Positions 45,759 to 54,987 of a stretch of DNA of 64,000 nt are shown one piece after another. Each line of letters begins with the position of its first letter. Positions within the stretch are counted from its first letter, which is position 1. A model generated the notes under the pieces. It did not search any database, was not told where the DNA came from, and saw only the letters and a program-made list of their open reading frames with translations. The translations under genes and the position numbers were made by a program. The DNA is from Symbiobacterium thermophilum (GTDB lineage Bacteria; Bacillota; Sulfobacillia; DYFQ01), in assembly GCA_020725105.1 (NCBI GenBank), contig DYFQ01000004.1, positions 3,127-67,126 on the forward strand. The letters are read 5' to 3'.

Positions 45759-45823
45759 CCGGACCCGTACCGGAGCCAGGACCAACGGCCGGAGCTCGTC
45801 GCGGCACCTAACAACCCGTCCGA

Positions 45824-45854
45824 ATGACCTGGTGCAATCGGAGGATGTATAATG
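45824..45854 (+). promoter_or_regulatory. Promoter candidate with extended -10 (TGTATAAT) upstream of the iscA-like gene
   Basis: ATGACC (-35-like), 18-19 nt spacer, TGTATAAT at 45847-45854, ~30 nt before the GAGGTG RBS. Confidence 0.4.
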
Positions 45855-45885
45855 GGCGTGACGATCCTCTAGCGAGGTGAACGGC

Positions 45886-46245
45886 GTGATCAGTTTCACG
45901 CCCGAGGCGGCCGAGAAACTGAAGGCCATCATCGCCGCCAGGCAGCGGGACGACCTGGCCCTGCGGGTCGCCGTGGTGCCAGGCGGCTGCCGGGGCTTCA
46001 ACTACCGCATGTTCCTGGAAAACAATCCCCGGGACGGGGACGAGATTTTACAGCATGACGGCTTCAAGGTGGTGGTCGACCCCTTCAGCGCCATGTACCT
46101 CGAGGGGGCCGAGATAGGGTTCGACGACTCCCTGATGGGCGGCGGGTTCACCGTCTCCAACCCCAACGCCAACTCCACCTGCGGTTGCGGCCAGTCGTTC
46201 CGCACCGCCGCCGACCGCGGCGCGCCCAGGTCCTGCACCTCCTGA
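45886..46245 (+). CDS. iscA: HesB/IscA-family iron-sulfur cluster insertion protein
   Basis: A-type carrier motifs (CRGFNY...CGCGQSF). GTG start with GAGGTG RBS. Confidence 0.85.
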   Translation: MISFTPEAAEKLKAIIAARQRDDLALRVAVVPGGCRGFNYRMFLENNPRDGDEILQHDGFKVVVDPFSAMYLEGAEIGFDDSLMGGGFTVSNPNANSTCGCGQSFRTAADRGAPRSCTS

Positions 46246-46335
46246 CGGGCCTTGCGGCCTGGCCGTTCCGACCTCGCCCGCCCGGGCGTCGCCCTGTGGA
46301 ATCCGGTAGAATGAGGCCGGACCGGCGGGACTCGG

Positions 46336-47079
46336 ATGGCAGCCGGCAAGGCGGCCGGGGGGCGGAGGCGCGTAGTTGAGCGAGCCGACTTCTACAAAGG
46401 TTTGATCCAGCTGGCGGTGGCGTACTACCAGTACTACGTCCGGCGCAGGCGGACGGGCGCCGGCCGGCTCTTTGCCCGGGTCAGGCGGCTGTTGGCCCCG
46501 TTCGCTCCGGAGCACCGGGGGGTGGACGTCCGCCGACTCCTGCACGACGTGGAGGTCTGCATCGACGCCGTGGCCGCGGGCGAGGACCCGCCAAAGCTGA
46601 CCCTGCGGGGGCCGGGCATCGACCCCGTCGTCGAGGGCCTGAAGCACCGGAGCAAGCGTGCCGGGTATCCCGAGCATCCCCGGCCGTCGGTCCACGCCGC
46701 CATCGTCCGCGACAACCACGCGCTGCTGGTCCTCCGCAAGGGCGAGCCCTTCGCCGGGCGGTGGGGGCTCCCCGGGGGTGCCCTTGAACTGGGCGAGACC
46801 CTGGAAACGGCCTTGACCCGGGAGGTCCGCGAGGAGACCGGCCTGGAGGTCCGCCCGGTCCGGGTGATCGACGTGCGGGACGCCATTCACCGGGACCCCG
46901 ACGGTCGGATCCGCTTTCACTACCTGGTGCTGTTCATGACGGCGGTGCCCACCGGCGGCCGGCTGCGGGCCGCCGACGATGCCGGCGAAGCCCGCTGGGT
47001 GAGCCCGGAGGAACTGCGCCAGCTACCCCTGGTGCCGGGAGTGACAGCCATCCTGGCCCGGGCCGGTTTTCCCGCCTGA
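46336..47079 (+). CDS. DUF309-NUDIX fusion protein
   Basis: N-terminal DUF309-like helices (FYKGLIQLAVAYYQ). C-terminal Nudix box (GRWGLPGGALELGETLETALTREVREETGL). Confidence 0.7.
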   Translation: MAAGKAAGGRRRVVERADFYKGLIQLAVAYYQYYVRRRRTGAGRLFARVRRLLAPFAPEHRGVDVRRLLHDVEVCIDAVAAGEDPPKLTLRGPGIDPVVEGLKHRSKRAGYPEHPRPSVHAAIVRDNHALLVLRKGEPFAGRWGLPGGALELGETLETALTREVREETGLEVRPVRVIDVRDAIHRDPDGRIRFHYLVLFMTAVPTGGRLRAADDAGEARWVSPEELRQLPLVPGVTAILARAGFPA

Positions 47080-47949
47080 GCCGGCCATGGTCGCCATCGC
47101 CTCGGCGGCGTTGAAGGAACTCCTGACGAAGGGGCCGGCCGCCACGTAGGCGAAGCCCATGACCTTTGCCCAGCCGCGAAAGGTCTCGAACTCGCCGGGG
47201 GTGACGTAACGGTCGACGGGGGCGTGGTCGAAGGTGGGCCTGAGGTACTGGCCGATGGTCACCGCCTGGACCCCGACCTTCCGGAGTTCGCCGAGCAGGT
47301 CCCGGACCTCGTCGTTGGTCTCGCCGAGCCCCACCATGAAGCCGGACTTCACGATGACGTCGGGATCCATGGCTCTGACCCGGCGCAGGAGTTCCAGGGA
47401 CCGGTCGAAGTTCCCCTGGGGCCGGACCCTGGGAAAGACCCGCCGGACGGTCTCGATGTTGTGGTTCAGCACGTCCGGCCGGGCCCCCATCACCTGCCGC
47501 AGGTCTTCCTCCCGGCCCTTGAAGTCGGGAATCAGCACCTCCACCGTGGCGCGGGGCAATTCGCGCCGCAGCGCCAGGATGGTGCGGGCAAAATGCCCCG
47601 CTCCCCCGTCGCGCAGGTCGTCGCGGGCCACGGAGGTGACCACCACGTGCCGGAGGCCCATGTCCCGGGCCGCCTCGGCCACCTTGTCCGGCTCGTCGGG
47701 GTCGGGCGGCAACCCGCGGCCGGTCGGCACGTTGCAGTAGTGGCAACGCCGGGTGCACACCGAGCCCAGCAGGATGAAGGTGGCCGTACCCCGCCCCCAG
47801 CACTCGTTCAGGTTGGGGCAGGCCGCCTCCTCGCACACGGTCGTCAGCTGAAGGCCTCGTAACAGCCGGCGGAGTTCGTTCGCCTCGTGGCCGGGCCGGA
47901 TCTTCTTGTGAAGCCAGGTAGGTTTGCGGGCGTAGGGGCTGACGGCCAA
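47023..47949 (-). CDS. lipA: Lipoyl synthase
   Basis: Radical-SAM CxxxCxxC (CTRRCHYCNV) plus an N-terminal auxiliary-cluster Cys (CEEAACPNLNEC). TTG start with GAGGAGG RBS. Confidence 0.9.
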   Translation of the reverse strand: MAVSPYARKPTWLHKKIRPGHEANELRRLLRGLQLTTVCEEAACPNLNECWGRGTATFILLGSVCTRRCHYCNVPTGRGLPPDPDEPDKVAEAARDMGLRHVVVTSVARDDLRDGGAGHFARTILALRRELPRATVEVLIPDFKGREEDLRQVMGARPDVLNHNIETVRRVFPRVRPQGNFDRSLELLRRVRAMDPDVIVKSGFMVGLGETNDEVRDLLGELRKVGVQAVTIGQYLRPTFDHAPVDRYVTPGEFETFRGWAKVMGFAYVAAGPFVRSSFNAAEAMATMAGSGGKTGPGQDGCHSRHQG

Positions 47950-48217
47950 AGACCCGCCTCCTCGTGACTGCCGCCGCTTCGACGTGGTCTTCCATGCTCA
48001 GTATATCTTGGACGCCCCTCCTCCATCTGGTGCCGGCCCCCGGCCGGGACTCAGGGCCCGTCCGGCCTCCTGGAGCGGTTCGGCCGTCCGGCCCGGCCCG
48101 GTACCGGTACACCCGGGCCATGGCGGAGGCGCGTCCGGAACGCGCTATATTTGGTTGGAAGCAGGTAGTTCTCGGGTCTTTTTCATTCCACACTCCGCTC
48201 CAGGAGATGGGCAGACG

Positions 48218-48796
48218 ATGGCCGGAATGCTGGAGATCCGCTGGCACGCCCGGGGCGGCCAGGGAGCGAAGACGGCGGCGATTCTCCTGGCCGAGGCGGC
48301 GTCGGCGGCGGGCATGTACATCCAGGCCTTTCCCGAGTATGGCCCGGAGCGGATGGGGGCGCCGATCCTGGCCTTCAACCGGATCAGCGACCGGCCCATC
48401 CGGATCCACTGCCACGTGTCCCGACCCCACGTGGTGATGGTCCTGGATCCCACCCTCATCGGCAAGGCCCCCATTACCGACGGGCTGCCCGAGGACGGCC
48501 TGGTGGTCGTGAACACGGCCAGGTCGCCTCAGGAGGTCCGCCAGGTCCTGGACCTGGCCAACGGCAGGGTGTACACCGTGGACGCCAGCGGCATCGCCCT
48601 GGACACCCTGGGCCGGGACATCCCCAACACGCCGATGATCAGCGCGCTGGTCCGTATCACGGGGCTGATTCCCTTCGAGAGGTTCATGGAACTCATCAGG
48701 AGCGAACTGGAGCACAAGTTCCGCGCCAACCGGCGGGTGGTCGAGGGCAACCTCGAGGCCCTTCGCCGGGGCTACCGCGAGGTGAAAGGGGCATGA
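48218..48796 (+). CDS. porG: Pyruvate/2-oxoacid:ferredoxin oxidoreductase gamma subunit
   Basis: POR gamma domain (GGQGAKTAAILLAEAA). AGGAGA RBS with a 10-nt spacer. Confidence 0.85.
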   Translation: MAGMLEIRWHARGGQGAKTAAILLAEAASAAGMYIQAFPEYGPERMGAPILAFNRISDRPIRIHCHVSRPHVVMVLDPTLIGKAPITDGLPEDGLVVVNTARSPQEVRQVLDLANGRVYTVDASGIALDTLGRDIPNTPMISALVRITGLIPFERFMELIRSELEHKFRANRRVVEGNLEALRRGYREVKGA

Positions 48797-49131
48797 AACG
48801 CAAGTTGAACGGGCCGGCCGACCGGCCGGGGACCGCGGGGCCCGCCGTCGTGGGCTGGCAGGAGATGCCCCGGGGCTGCGTCATCCTCAACCCGGGGAAC
48901 GCCCTGGAGTACCAGACCGGGGACTGGCGCAGCTTCCGGCCGGTCTGGGACGAGAACCTCTGCATCCACTGCCTGCGGTGCTGGATCTTCTGTCCCGACG
49001 ACAGCATCGTGGTCCGCGACGGCACGATGGTGGGCATCGACTACGACCACTGCAAGGGTTGCGGCATCTGCGCCCGGGAGTGCCCGCCAAAGGTGGGCGC
49101 CATCGAGATGCAGAAGGAATCGGGGGCCTGA
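48793..49131 (+). CDS. porD: Pyruvate/2-oxoacid:ferredoxin oxidoreductase delta subunit (2x[4Fe-4S] ferredoxin)
   Basis: CIHCLRCWIFCP and CKGCGICARECP motifs. ATGA overlap with porG. Confidence 0.85.
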   Translation: MKRKLNGPADRPGTAGPAVVGWQEMPRGCVILNPGNALEYQTGDWRSFRPVWDENLCIHCLRCWIFCPDDSIVVRDGTMVGIDYDHCKGCGICARECPPKVGAIEMQKESGA

Positions 49132-49134
49132 CCC

Positions 49135-50364
49135 ATGGGACAGAAGGTGGCCTTGACCGGCAACGAGGCCGCGGCGTTCGCCATGCGCCAGATCGACCCC
49201 GACGTGGTGGCGGCCTACCCGATCACCCCGCAGACCGAGATCGTGCAGCATTTCTCGAGCTTCGTCCACGACGGCAGGGTGCGTACCGAATTCGTCACCG
49301 TGGAGAGCGAGCACAGCGCCATGAGCGCCTGCATCGGCTCGGCGGCCGCCGGGGCCAGGACCATGACGGCCACCTGCTCCCAGGGGCTGGCCCTCATGTG
49401 GGAGATGCTCTACATCGCGTCGGCCTTCCGCCTGCCCCTGGTGATGCCGGTGGTCAACCGCGCCCTGTCCGGGCCCATCAACATCCACTGCGACCACTCG
49501 GACGCAATGGGGGCGCGAGACTCGGGCTGGATCCAGCTGTATTCGGAAAGCGCCCAGGAGGTCTACGACAACCTGATCCAGGCGGTGAGGATCGCCGAGC
49601 ATGCCCAGGTTCACCTCCCCGTCATGGTCTGCCAGGACGGCTTTGTGACCAGCCACGGCCTGGAGAACCTGGAAATCGAGCCCGACGAGGCGGTCCGGGC
49701 CTTTGTCGGGGAGTACCGGCCTGAATACCACCTGCTGGACCCGGAACGGCCCATCACCATGGGTCCCCTCGCCCTGCAGAACGCGTACTTCGAGGCCCGC
49801 CGGCAACTGGCCGCCGCCATGCACGAGGCCAAGCCGGTCATCCTGGCCGTCGCGAGGGAGTTCGAGGCCCTGACCGGGCGCTCGTACGGGTTCTTCGAGG
49901 CGTACCGGATGGCCGACGCTGAACTGGTGGCCGTGGCGCTGAACTCCACGGCCGGGACGCTGAAGGAAGCCGTCGACGAACTCAGGCGCCAGGGAACCAG
50001 GGCCGGCCTCTTGAAGCCCCGGGTCTTCCGGCCGTTCCCGTGGGAGGAGATGGCCGACGCCCTCACCCGCCCCGGCATCCGGGCCGTGGCGGTGCTGGAC
50101 CGGGCCGATACCAACTCCACCCTGGGCGGCCCGTTGTTCAACGACGTCCGGGCCGCCCTGTTCGACGCCGGGCGCCGGCCGCCGGTGAAAAATTACATCT
50201 ACGGGCTCGGCGGGCGCGACGTGAGCTTCGCCGAGCTTGTGTCGGTCTTCGGGGATCTCCGGGCGACGGCTCGCGACGGGGGGACCGACACGCCCGTGAC
50301 CTACCTCGGGGTGCAGCCGCGACGGTCGGGCGAACTGGCCGCCGCGGGCACCCGGAGGCGCTGA
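49135..50364 (+). CDS. porA: Pyruvate/2-oxoacid:ferredoxin oxidoreductase alpha subunit
   Basis: 409 aa with the POR alpha N-terminal and domain-II pattern. Confidence 0.9.
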   Translation: MGQKVALTGNEAAAFAMRQIDPDVVAAYPITPQTEIVQHFSSFVHDGRVRTEFVTVESEHSAMSACIGSAAAGARTMTATCSQGLALMWEMLYIASAFRLPLVMPVVNRALSGPINIHCDHSDAMGARDSGWIQLYSESAQEVYDNLIQAVRIAEHAQVHLPVMVCQDGFVTSHGLENLEIEPDEAVRAFVGEYRPEYHLLDPERPITMGPLALQNAYFEARRQLAAAMHEAKPVILAVAREFEALTGRSYGFFEAYRMADAELVAVALNSTAGTLKEAVDELRRQGTRAGLLKPRVFRPFPWEEMADALTRPGIRAVAVLDRADTNSTLGGPLFNDVRAALFDAGRRPPVKNYIYGLGGRDVSFAELVSVFGDLRATARDGGTDTPVTYLGVQPRRSGELAAAGTRRR

Positions 50365-50381
50365 GGGGGCTGGGGGACACA

Positions 50382-51302
50382 ATGCCCGGAACACTGAAGG
50401 ACCTCTCCCGGCGACCGTCGCTGCTCACGGCGGGGCACCGCCTGTGCGCCGGCTGCGGCGCCCCCATCGCCATCCGCCAGCTGCTCCTGGCCGCCGGCAC
50501 CGGCCTGGTGATCTCCAACGCCACCGGCTGCGTCGAGGTGGGGACGACCATCTACCCCCAGACGGCCTGGAACGTGTCGTGGATCCACTCGGCCTTCGAG
50601 AATGCGGCCGCCACCATGAGCGGGGTGGAGACGGCCTACCGGTCCCTCAAGAAGCAGGGCAAGGTCCGGGCGGACTTCAGGTTCGTCGCCCTGGGGGGTG
50701 ACGGCGGCACCTACGACATCGGCTTCCAGGCCCTCTCCGGCGCCGTGGAGCGGGGGCACCGGATGGTCTACGTCTGCTACGACAACGGCGCCTACATGAA
50801 CACGGGCATCCAGCGTTCCAGCGCGACACCACTGGGAGCGGACACCACCACCAGCCCGGCCGGCACCCGGATTCCCGGAAAGCCGGGCCACAGAAAGGAC
50901 CTGACGGCCATCATGGCGGCCCACGACGTACCCTACGTCGCCCAGGCGTCCCCCAGCCACTGGCAGGACCTGGTGGCCAAGATGGAAAAGGCCCTGGCCG
51001 CCGACGGCCCCGCCTTCCTGAACGTCCTGGCGCCCTGCCCCCGGGGCTGGCGGCACGAGAGTTCCGAGACCATCGAGGTGGCCAGGCTGGCGGTGGACAC
51101 CTGCTTCTGGCCGCTCTACGAGGTCGCGAAGGGCGCCTGGCGCCTCACCTACCGGCCCGGCAAGAAGAAACCCCTGGACGAGTGGCTGAAGCTCCAGGGC
51201 CGGTTCGCCCACCTGTTCCGCCCCGGGGGTGAAGCCATCAGGCAGGAGCTCCAGGCCTGGGTGGACCGGAAGTGGGCCGAACTCGTGGCCCGCTGCGCGT
51301 GA
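50382..51302 (+). CDS. porB: Pyruvate/2-oxoacid:ferredoxin oxidoreductase beta subunit (TPP-binding)
   Basis: CAGCG...TGC FeS/TPP motifs and GDGG Mg-TPP. ATG at 50382. Confidence 0.9.
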   Translation: MPGTLKDLSRRPSLLTAGHRLCAGCGAPIAIRQLLLAAGTGLVISNATGCVEVGTTIYPQTAWNVSWIHSAFENAAATMSGVETAYRSLKKQGKVRADFRFVALGGDGGTYDIGFQALSGAVERGHRMVYVCYDNGAYMNTGIQRSSATPLGADTTTSPAGTRIPGKPGHRKDLTAIMAAHDVPYVAQASPSHWQDLVAKMEKALAADGPAFLNVLAPCPRGWRHESSETIEVARLAVDTCFWPLYEVAKGAWRLTYRPGKKKPLDEWLKLQGRFAHLFRPGGEAIRQELQAWVDRKWAELVARCA

Positions 51303-51399
51303 GACCAGCAGAACGGGGGCCCCGGAGGGCCCCCGCGAACCACGGATAGCGCCCCGCGCCCGGGGCCGCCCGGGTAGTGATGGCGAACCCGGCGGCAGG

Positions 51400-52653
51400 T
51401 CACATCTGGAAGCTGGTCGCCTCCAGCCAGCGCTTGAGGTGGGCGAGGAACATGGCACCGGTGGCCCCGTCAATCACCCGGTGGTCGAAGGAGAGGCCCA
51501 GGTTCAGCATGGAACGGACCGCGATGGCGTCGCCGTTGGGTCCCTCCACGACCACCGGCCGCTTCCGGATGGCCTCCACGTCCAGGATGGCCACCTGGGG
51601 CTGGTTGATGATGGGCGTGCTGAAAATGGTGCCGAACACGCCCGGGTTGGTGATGGTAAAGGTCCCCCCCTGGACGTCCTCCGGGGTGAGGGTCTTTTCC
51701 CGGGCCCGCCCGGCCAGGTCGTGGACCTCCCGGGCCAGGCGGGAGAAGCTCTTCTCGTGGGCGTTCTTGATCACCGGAACGATCAGGCCGTCGGGAACGG
51801 CCACGGCCACGCCCACGTTGACGTAGTGCTTGAGGACGACGGCCCCCTCCTCCACCGAGGCGTTGAGCACGGGAAAGGCCCGCAGCCCCGAGACGGCGGC
51901 CTGGACGAAGAAGGGGGTGTAGTTGAGCGGGATGCCCTCGCGGCGCTCGAACGACTCGCGGTTGGCCTCTCTGAAGCGCACCAGGTTGGTCACGTCCACC
52001 TCGACGAAGGTGGTGACGTGGGCCGAGGTCCGCCGGGAAAGCACCATGTGCTCGGCGATGCGGCGGCGCATGGGGGTGAAGGGGACACGCTCCACGGGGC
52101 CCCACACGTCCCGCTCCCGGCGGGCTTCGGCGGGAGCGCGTCCAGCCGCGGCGGGAGGTCTGTCGCCCGCGGGCGCCGGGGCCCGTGCCGCTTCGTCCAC
52201 CCGGAGACGCTCGATAAAGGCTTCCACGTCTCGCCTGGTCACCCGGCCGCCGGCCCCCGTGCCCTTCACCCGGGAAAGGTCGATCCCGTGCTTATCGGCC
52301 AGCCGGCGGACGGCGGGCGAGTAGCTCCCGGCCGGAGCTTCCCCGGCGGGAACGGCCCCGGCCTCGGGCTCCGTGAGCCCTGGCCGCGGCTCAGGCCGGG
52401 CAGCCAGGGGGGCCCCGTCGGCCTTGATGACCGCCAGGACCGTCATGACCGGCACCGTCTCCCCTTCGCGGACCAGGATGTCCCGGACAATCCCGGCCGC
52501 CGGCGAGGGGATCTCCACGTCCACCTTGTCGGTGGAGACGGCGACCAGGGGCTGTTCCTTCTCAACCCGTTCCCCCGCCCTGACCAGCCACTGGACCACG
52601 GTTCCCTCGGCCACCGACTGGCCCAGCTGGGGCATCACCACTTCGGTCGGCAC
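51400..52653 (-). CDS. Dihydrolipoamide acyltransferase (E2) of a 2-oxoacid dehydrogenase complex
   Basis: Lipoyl domain (VSTDKVDVEIPSP), E3-binding domain and a catalytic domain containing DHRVIDGA. Confidence 0.9.
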   Translation of the reverse strand: MPTEVVMPQLGQSVAEGTVVQWLVRAGERVEKEQPLVAVSTDKVDVEIPSPAAGIVRDILVREGETVPVMTVLAVIKADGAPLAARPEPRPGLTEPEAGAVPAGEAPAGSYSPAVRRLADKHGIDLSRVKGTGAGGRVTRRDVEAFIERLRVDEAARAPAPAGDRPPAAAGRAPAEARRERDVWGPVERVPFTPMRRRIAEHMVLSRRTSAHVTTFVEVDVTNLVRFREANRESFERREGIPLNYTPFFVQAAVSGLRAFPVLNASVEEGAVVLKHYVNVGVAVAVPDGLIVPVIKNAHEKSFSRLAREVHDLAGRAREKTLTPEDVQGGTFTITNPGVFGTIFSTPIINQPQVAILDVEAIRKRPVVVEGPNGDAIAVRSMLNLGLSFDHRVIDGATGAMFLAHLKRWLEATSFQM

Positions 52654-52673
52654 CGCCCCGCTCCCCTCCCGCC

Positions 52674-53651
52674 TCAGTAAGCCGCCAGCTTCCGGCAGGC
52701 AGCCAGCACGTCGTCGACCCCGGGCAGGTAGAACCGCTCCAGGGGCGGGGCAAACGGCACCCCCGGGCTGTCCTTTGCCCCTACCCGCATGACGGGCCCG
52801 TCAAGGTATTCAAAGCCGTCCTCGGCGATGACGGACGCCACCTCCGCCCCGGGGCCCATGGTCAGCGGCGGCTCGTACACCACCACTGCCTTGCCCGTCT
52901 TCTCCACCGTGGCCAGGATGGCGGACCGGTCGAGGGGCTTCAGGGTCCGCAGGTCGAGCACCTCGGCGTCCACCCCCTCGGCGGCCAGGGTCTCGGCCGC
53001 CTCGAGACAGGTGTGGAGCGTCGCGCCGTAGGTGATCAGGCTCAGGTCCCCGCCCTCCCTGGCCACGCGGGCCTTGCCGATGGGGACGGTGTAGTCGTCG
53101 TCGGGCACTTCCCCCCGGATCCGGCGGTACAGGAACTTGTGCTCGAAGTAGACCACCGGGTCGTCGTCCCGGATGGCCGCCTTCAACAGACCCTTGGCGT
53201 CGTAGGGCGTGGCCGGGGCCACCACCTTCAGCCCGTTCTGCTGCGCGTACCAGGTCTCCGGGCACTGGGAGTGGAACGGGCCGCCCGAGAAGCCCCCGCC
53301 GTAGGGCATCCTCAGCGTGACCGGGCAGGGAGCCCCCCACCGCCAGTAGCTCTTGGCCATGATGTTGATGATGGCGTCAAACGCCACCGAGGAGAAGTCG
53401 GCGAACTGGAACTCGCACACCGGGCGCAGGCCCATGAAGGCGGCCCCGGCGCAGGCGCCGGTGTACCCGGCCTCGGACAGGGGGCTGTCGATGACCCGCT
53501 CCTCGCCGAACTCCTCGACCAGCCCGGCGGTGACCTTGAAGGCCCCGCCGTAGACCCCGATGTCCTCGCCGATCAGGAAGACCGATGGGTCGCGCCGCAT
53601 CTCCTCCCGGAGCGCCCGGCGGATGGCCTCGAGATAGAGCAACCGGGGCAT
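52674..53651 (-). CDS. 2-oxoacid dehydrogenase E1 component beta subunit
   Basis: Transketolase-like pyrimidine-binding and C-terminal domains. Confidence 0.9.
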   Translation of the reverse strand: MPRLLYLEAIRRALREEMRRDPSVFLIGEDIGVYGGAFKVTAGLVEEFGEERVIDSPLSEAGYTGACAGAAFMGLRPVCEFQFADFSSVAFDAIINIMAKSYWRWGAPCPVTLRMPYGGGFSGGPFHSQCPETWYAQQNGLKVVAPATPYDAKGLLKAAIRDDDPVVYFEHKFLYRRIRGEVPDDDYTVPIGKARVAREGGDLSLITYGATLHTCLEAAETLAAEGVDAEVLDLRTLKPLDRSAILATVEKTGKAVVVYEPPLTMGPGAEVASVIAEDGFEYLDGPVMRVGAKDSPGVPFAPPLERFYLPGVDDVLAACRKLAAY

Positions 53652-53678
53652 GCTGGACCTCCTTCGCTCCCCTGCCCG

Positions 53679-54671
53679 TCAGAGCGGCGTGGCGTAGACA
53701 TCGTCCAGCAGCTCGGGGCCCTGGGGCGCCGGTGCCTGCTCCGCGTGGTCGACGGCGTCGTCCACCACCGCCCTGACCTCGGCGTCCAGTTCCGCCTGGA
53801 CCTTGTCGTCCAGGTGGCCCGCCTCCCGAAGCCGGCCGGCCATCCGGAGGATGGGGTCCTTGCCCTTCCACTCCTCCAGCAGCTCCTTGGGAACATACTC
53901 GGCCCGGTCGGCCTCCGAGTGGCCGTGCATCCGCATGGTCTTGCACTCGATGAGGGAGGGACCTCCCCCTTCCCGCGCCCGCTCGATGGCCTCCCGCGCC
54001 GCCAGGTACACGGCCACCACGTCGTTTCCGTCCACCACCTGGCCCGGGAAGCCGTAGGCGGCCGACCGGTCGGCGATGTCCCGGATGGCCAGTTGCTTGT
54101 GCAGGGGGGTGGAGTAGGCAAACTGGTTGTTGTTGCAGACGAAGACCACCGGCAGCCGCCGGACGGCGGCCAGGTTCATCGACTCGTGGATGTAACCGGT
54201 GTTGGCCGCGCCGTCGCCAAAGCTGGCCACCGCGACGCGGCGTTCACCCCGCAGCTTGAAGGCGAGGGCGGCGCCGACCGCCTGTGGGGTGCTGGCCCCC
54301 ATGTGGCTGACGAAGGCCAGCACCCCGGCCTCCAGCTTGCCGATGTGGACGTTGCCGTCCCGGGCCCGGGTCGGGCTGGTGAGCTTGCCCAGCCACTGGG
54401 ACATGATCTCCCGGGGGGTGATCCCCCGCTGCAGGATGGCTCCCAGGTCGCGGTGGGACGGGGCGATGACGTCCTCGGGGCCCATGGCCGCGCCCACGCC
54501 AACGCTGATGGCCTCCATGCCGTACTCGTTGTACACGCCGCCGACGATGCGGCCCTGGCGGTACAGGCTGATCACCCGGTCCTCGACGGCCCGGGTCAGG
54601 AGCAGGGTGCGGTAAAGGTGCAGCAGCAGCTGGCGGTCGAGTTTCGAGGCGGCCTCAACCTCAGCCTTCAC
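53679..54671 (-). CDS. 2-oxoacid dehydrogenase E1 component alpha subunit (TPP-dependent)
   Basis: TPP motif GDGAANTG...NN. GTG start with GGGAGGTGG RBS. 116 aa of antisense-type N-terminus was excluded. Confidence 0.85.
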   Translation of the reverse strand: MKAEVEAASKLDRQLLLHLYRTLLLTRAVEDRVISLYRQGRIVGGVYNEYGMEAISVGVGAAMGPEDVIAPSHRDLGAILQRGITPREIMSQWLGKLTSPTRARDGNVHIGKLEAGVLAFVSHMGASTPQAVGAALAFKLRGERRVAVASFGDGAANTGYIHESMNLAAVRRLPVVFVCNNNQFAYSTPLHKQLAIRDIADRSAAYGFPGQVVDGNDVVAVYLAAREAIERAREGGGPSLIECKTMRMHGHSEADRAEYVPKELLEEWKGKDPILRMAGRLREAGHLDDKVQAELDAEVRAVVDDAVDHAEQAPAPQGPELLDDVYATPL

Positions 54672-54987
54672 AGAACCACCTCCCGGCGGTCTGGAGGGTG
54701 CCGCGGGCGCCCTCCCGGAAGCCCGGTTGCGGGCTCTACTCGGTGTCTCCGGAACCCACGATACTCCAAGCGCGAGCCGCAACGTCCCCGCGGAAGCCCC
54801 GCGCCCACCTCCAGGCGGGCAAAAGGGGACCCGGGCCCGGGGCCACCGGGTCTGGACCGGCGCGAAAGGGAGTCCGGCGCGGCGCCGCCGGAGAACCTTC
54901 CCTGGTATTGGCTGGCTGCCCAGGAGAGTCCTCCCGGGGCGGCGTAACCCTGCCTGGGGATACTGCACGGAGGGGGCCTGTAGCAAG

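Noticed and set aside
46934-48715. 593-aa minus-strand ORF and 46048..46920 (-) 290-aa ORF
   Set aside because: These overlap the NUDIX, lipA and porG genes in off frames. Arg/Gly/Pro-rich and not protein-like.
53013-54947. 644-aa plus-strand ORF across the E1alpha/E1beta genes
   Set aside because: Antisense to TPP-dependent E1 subunits that have clear motifs.
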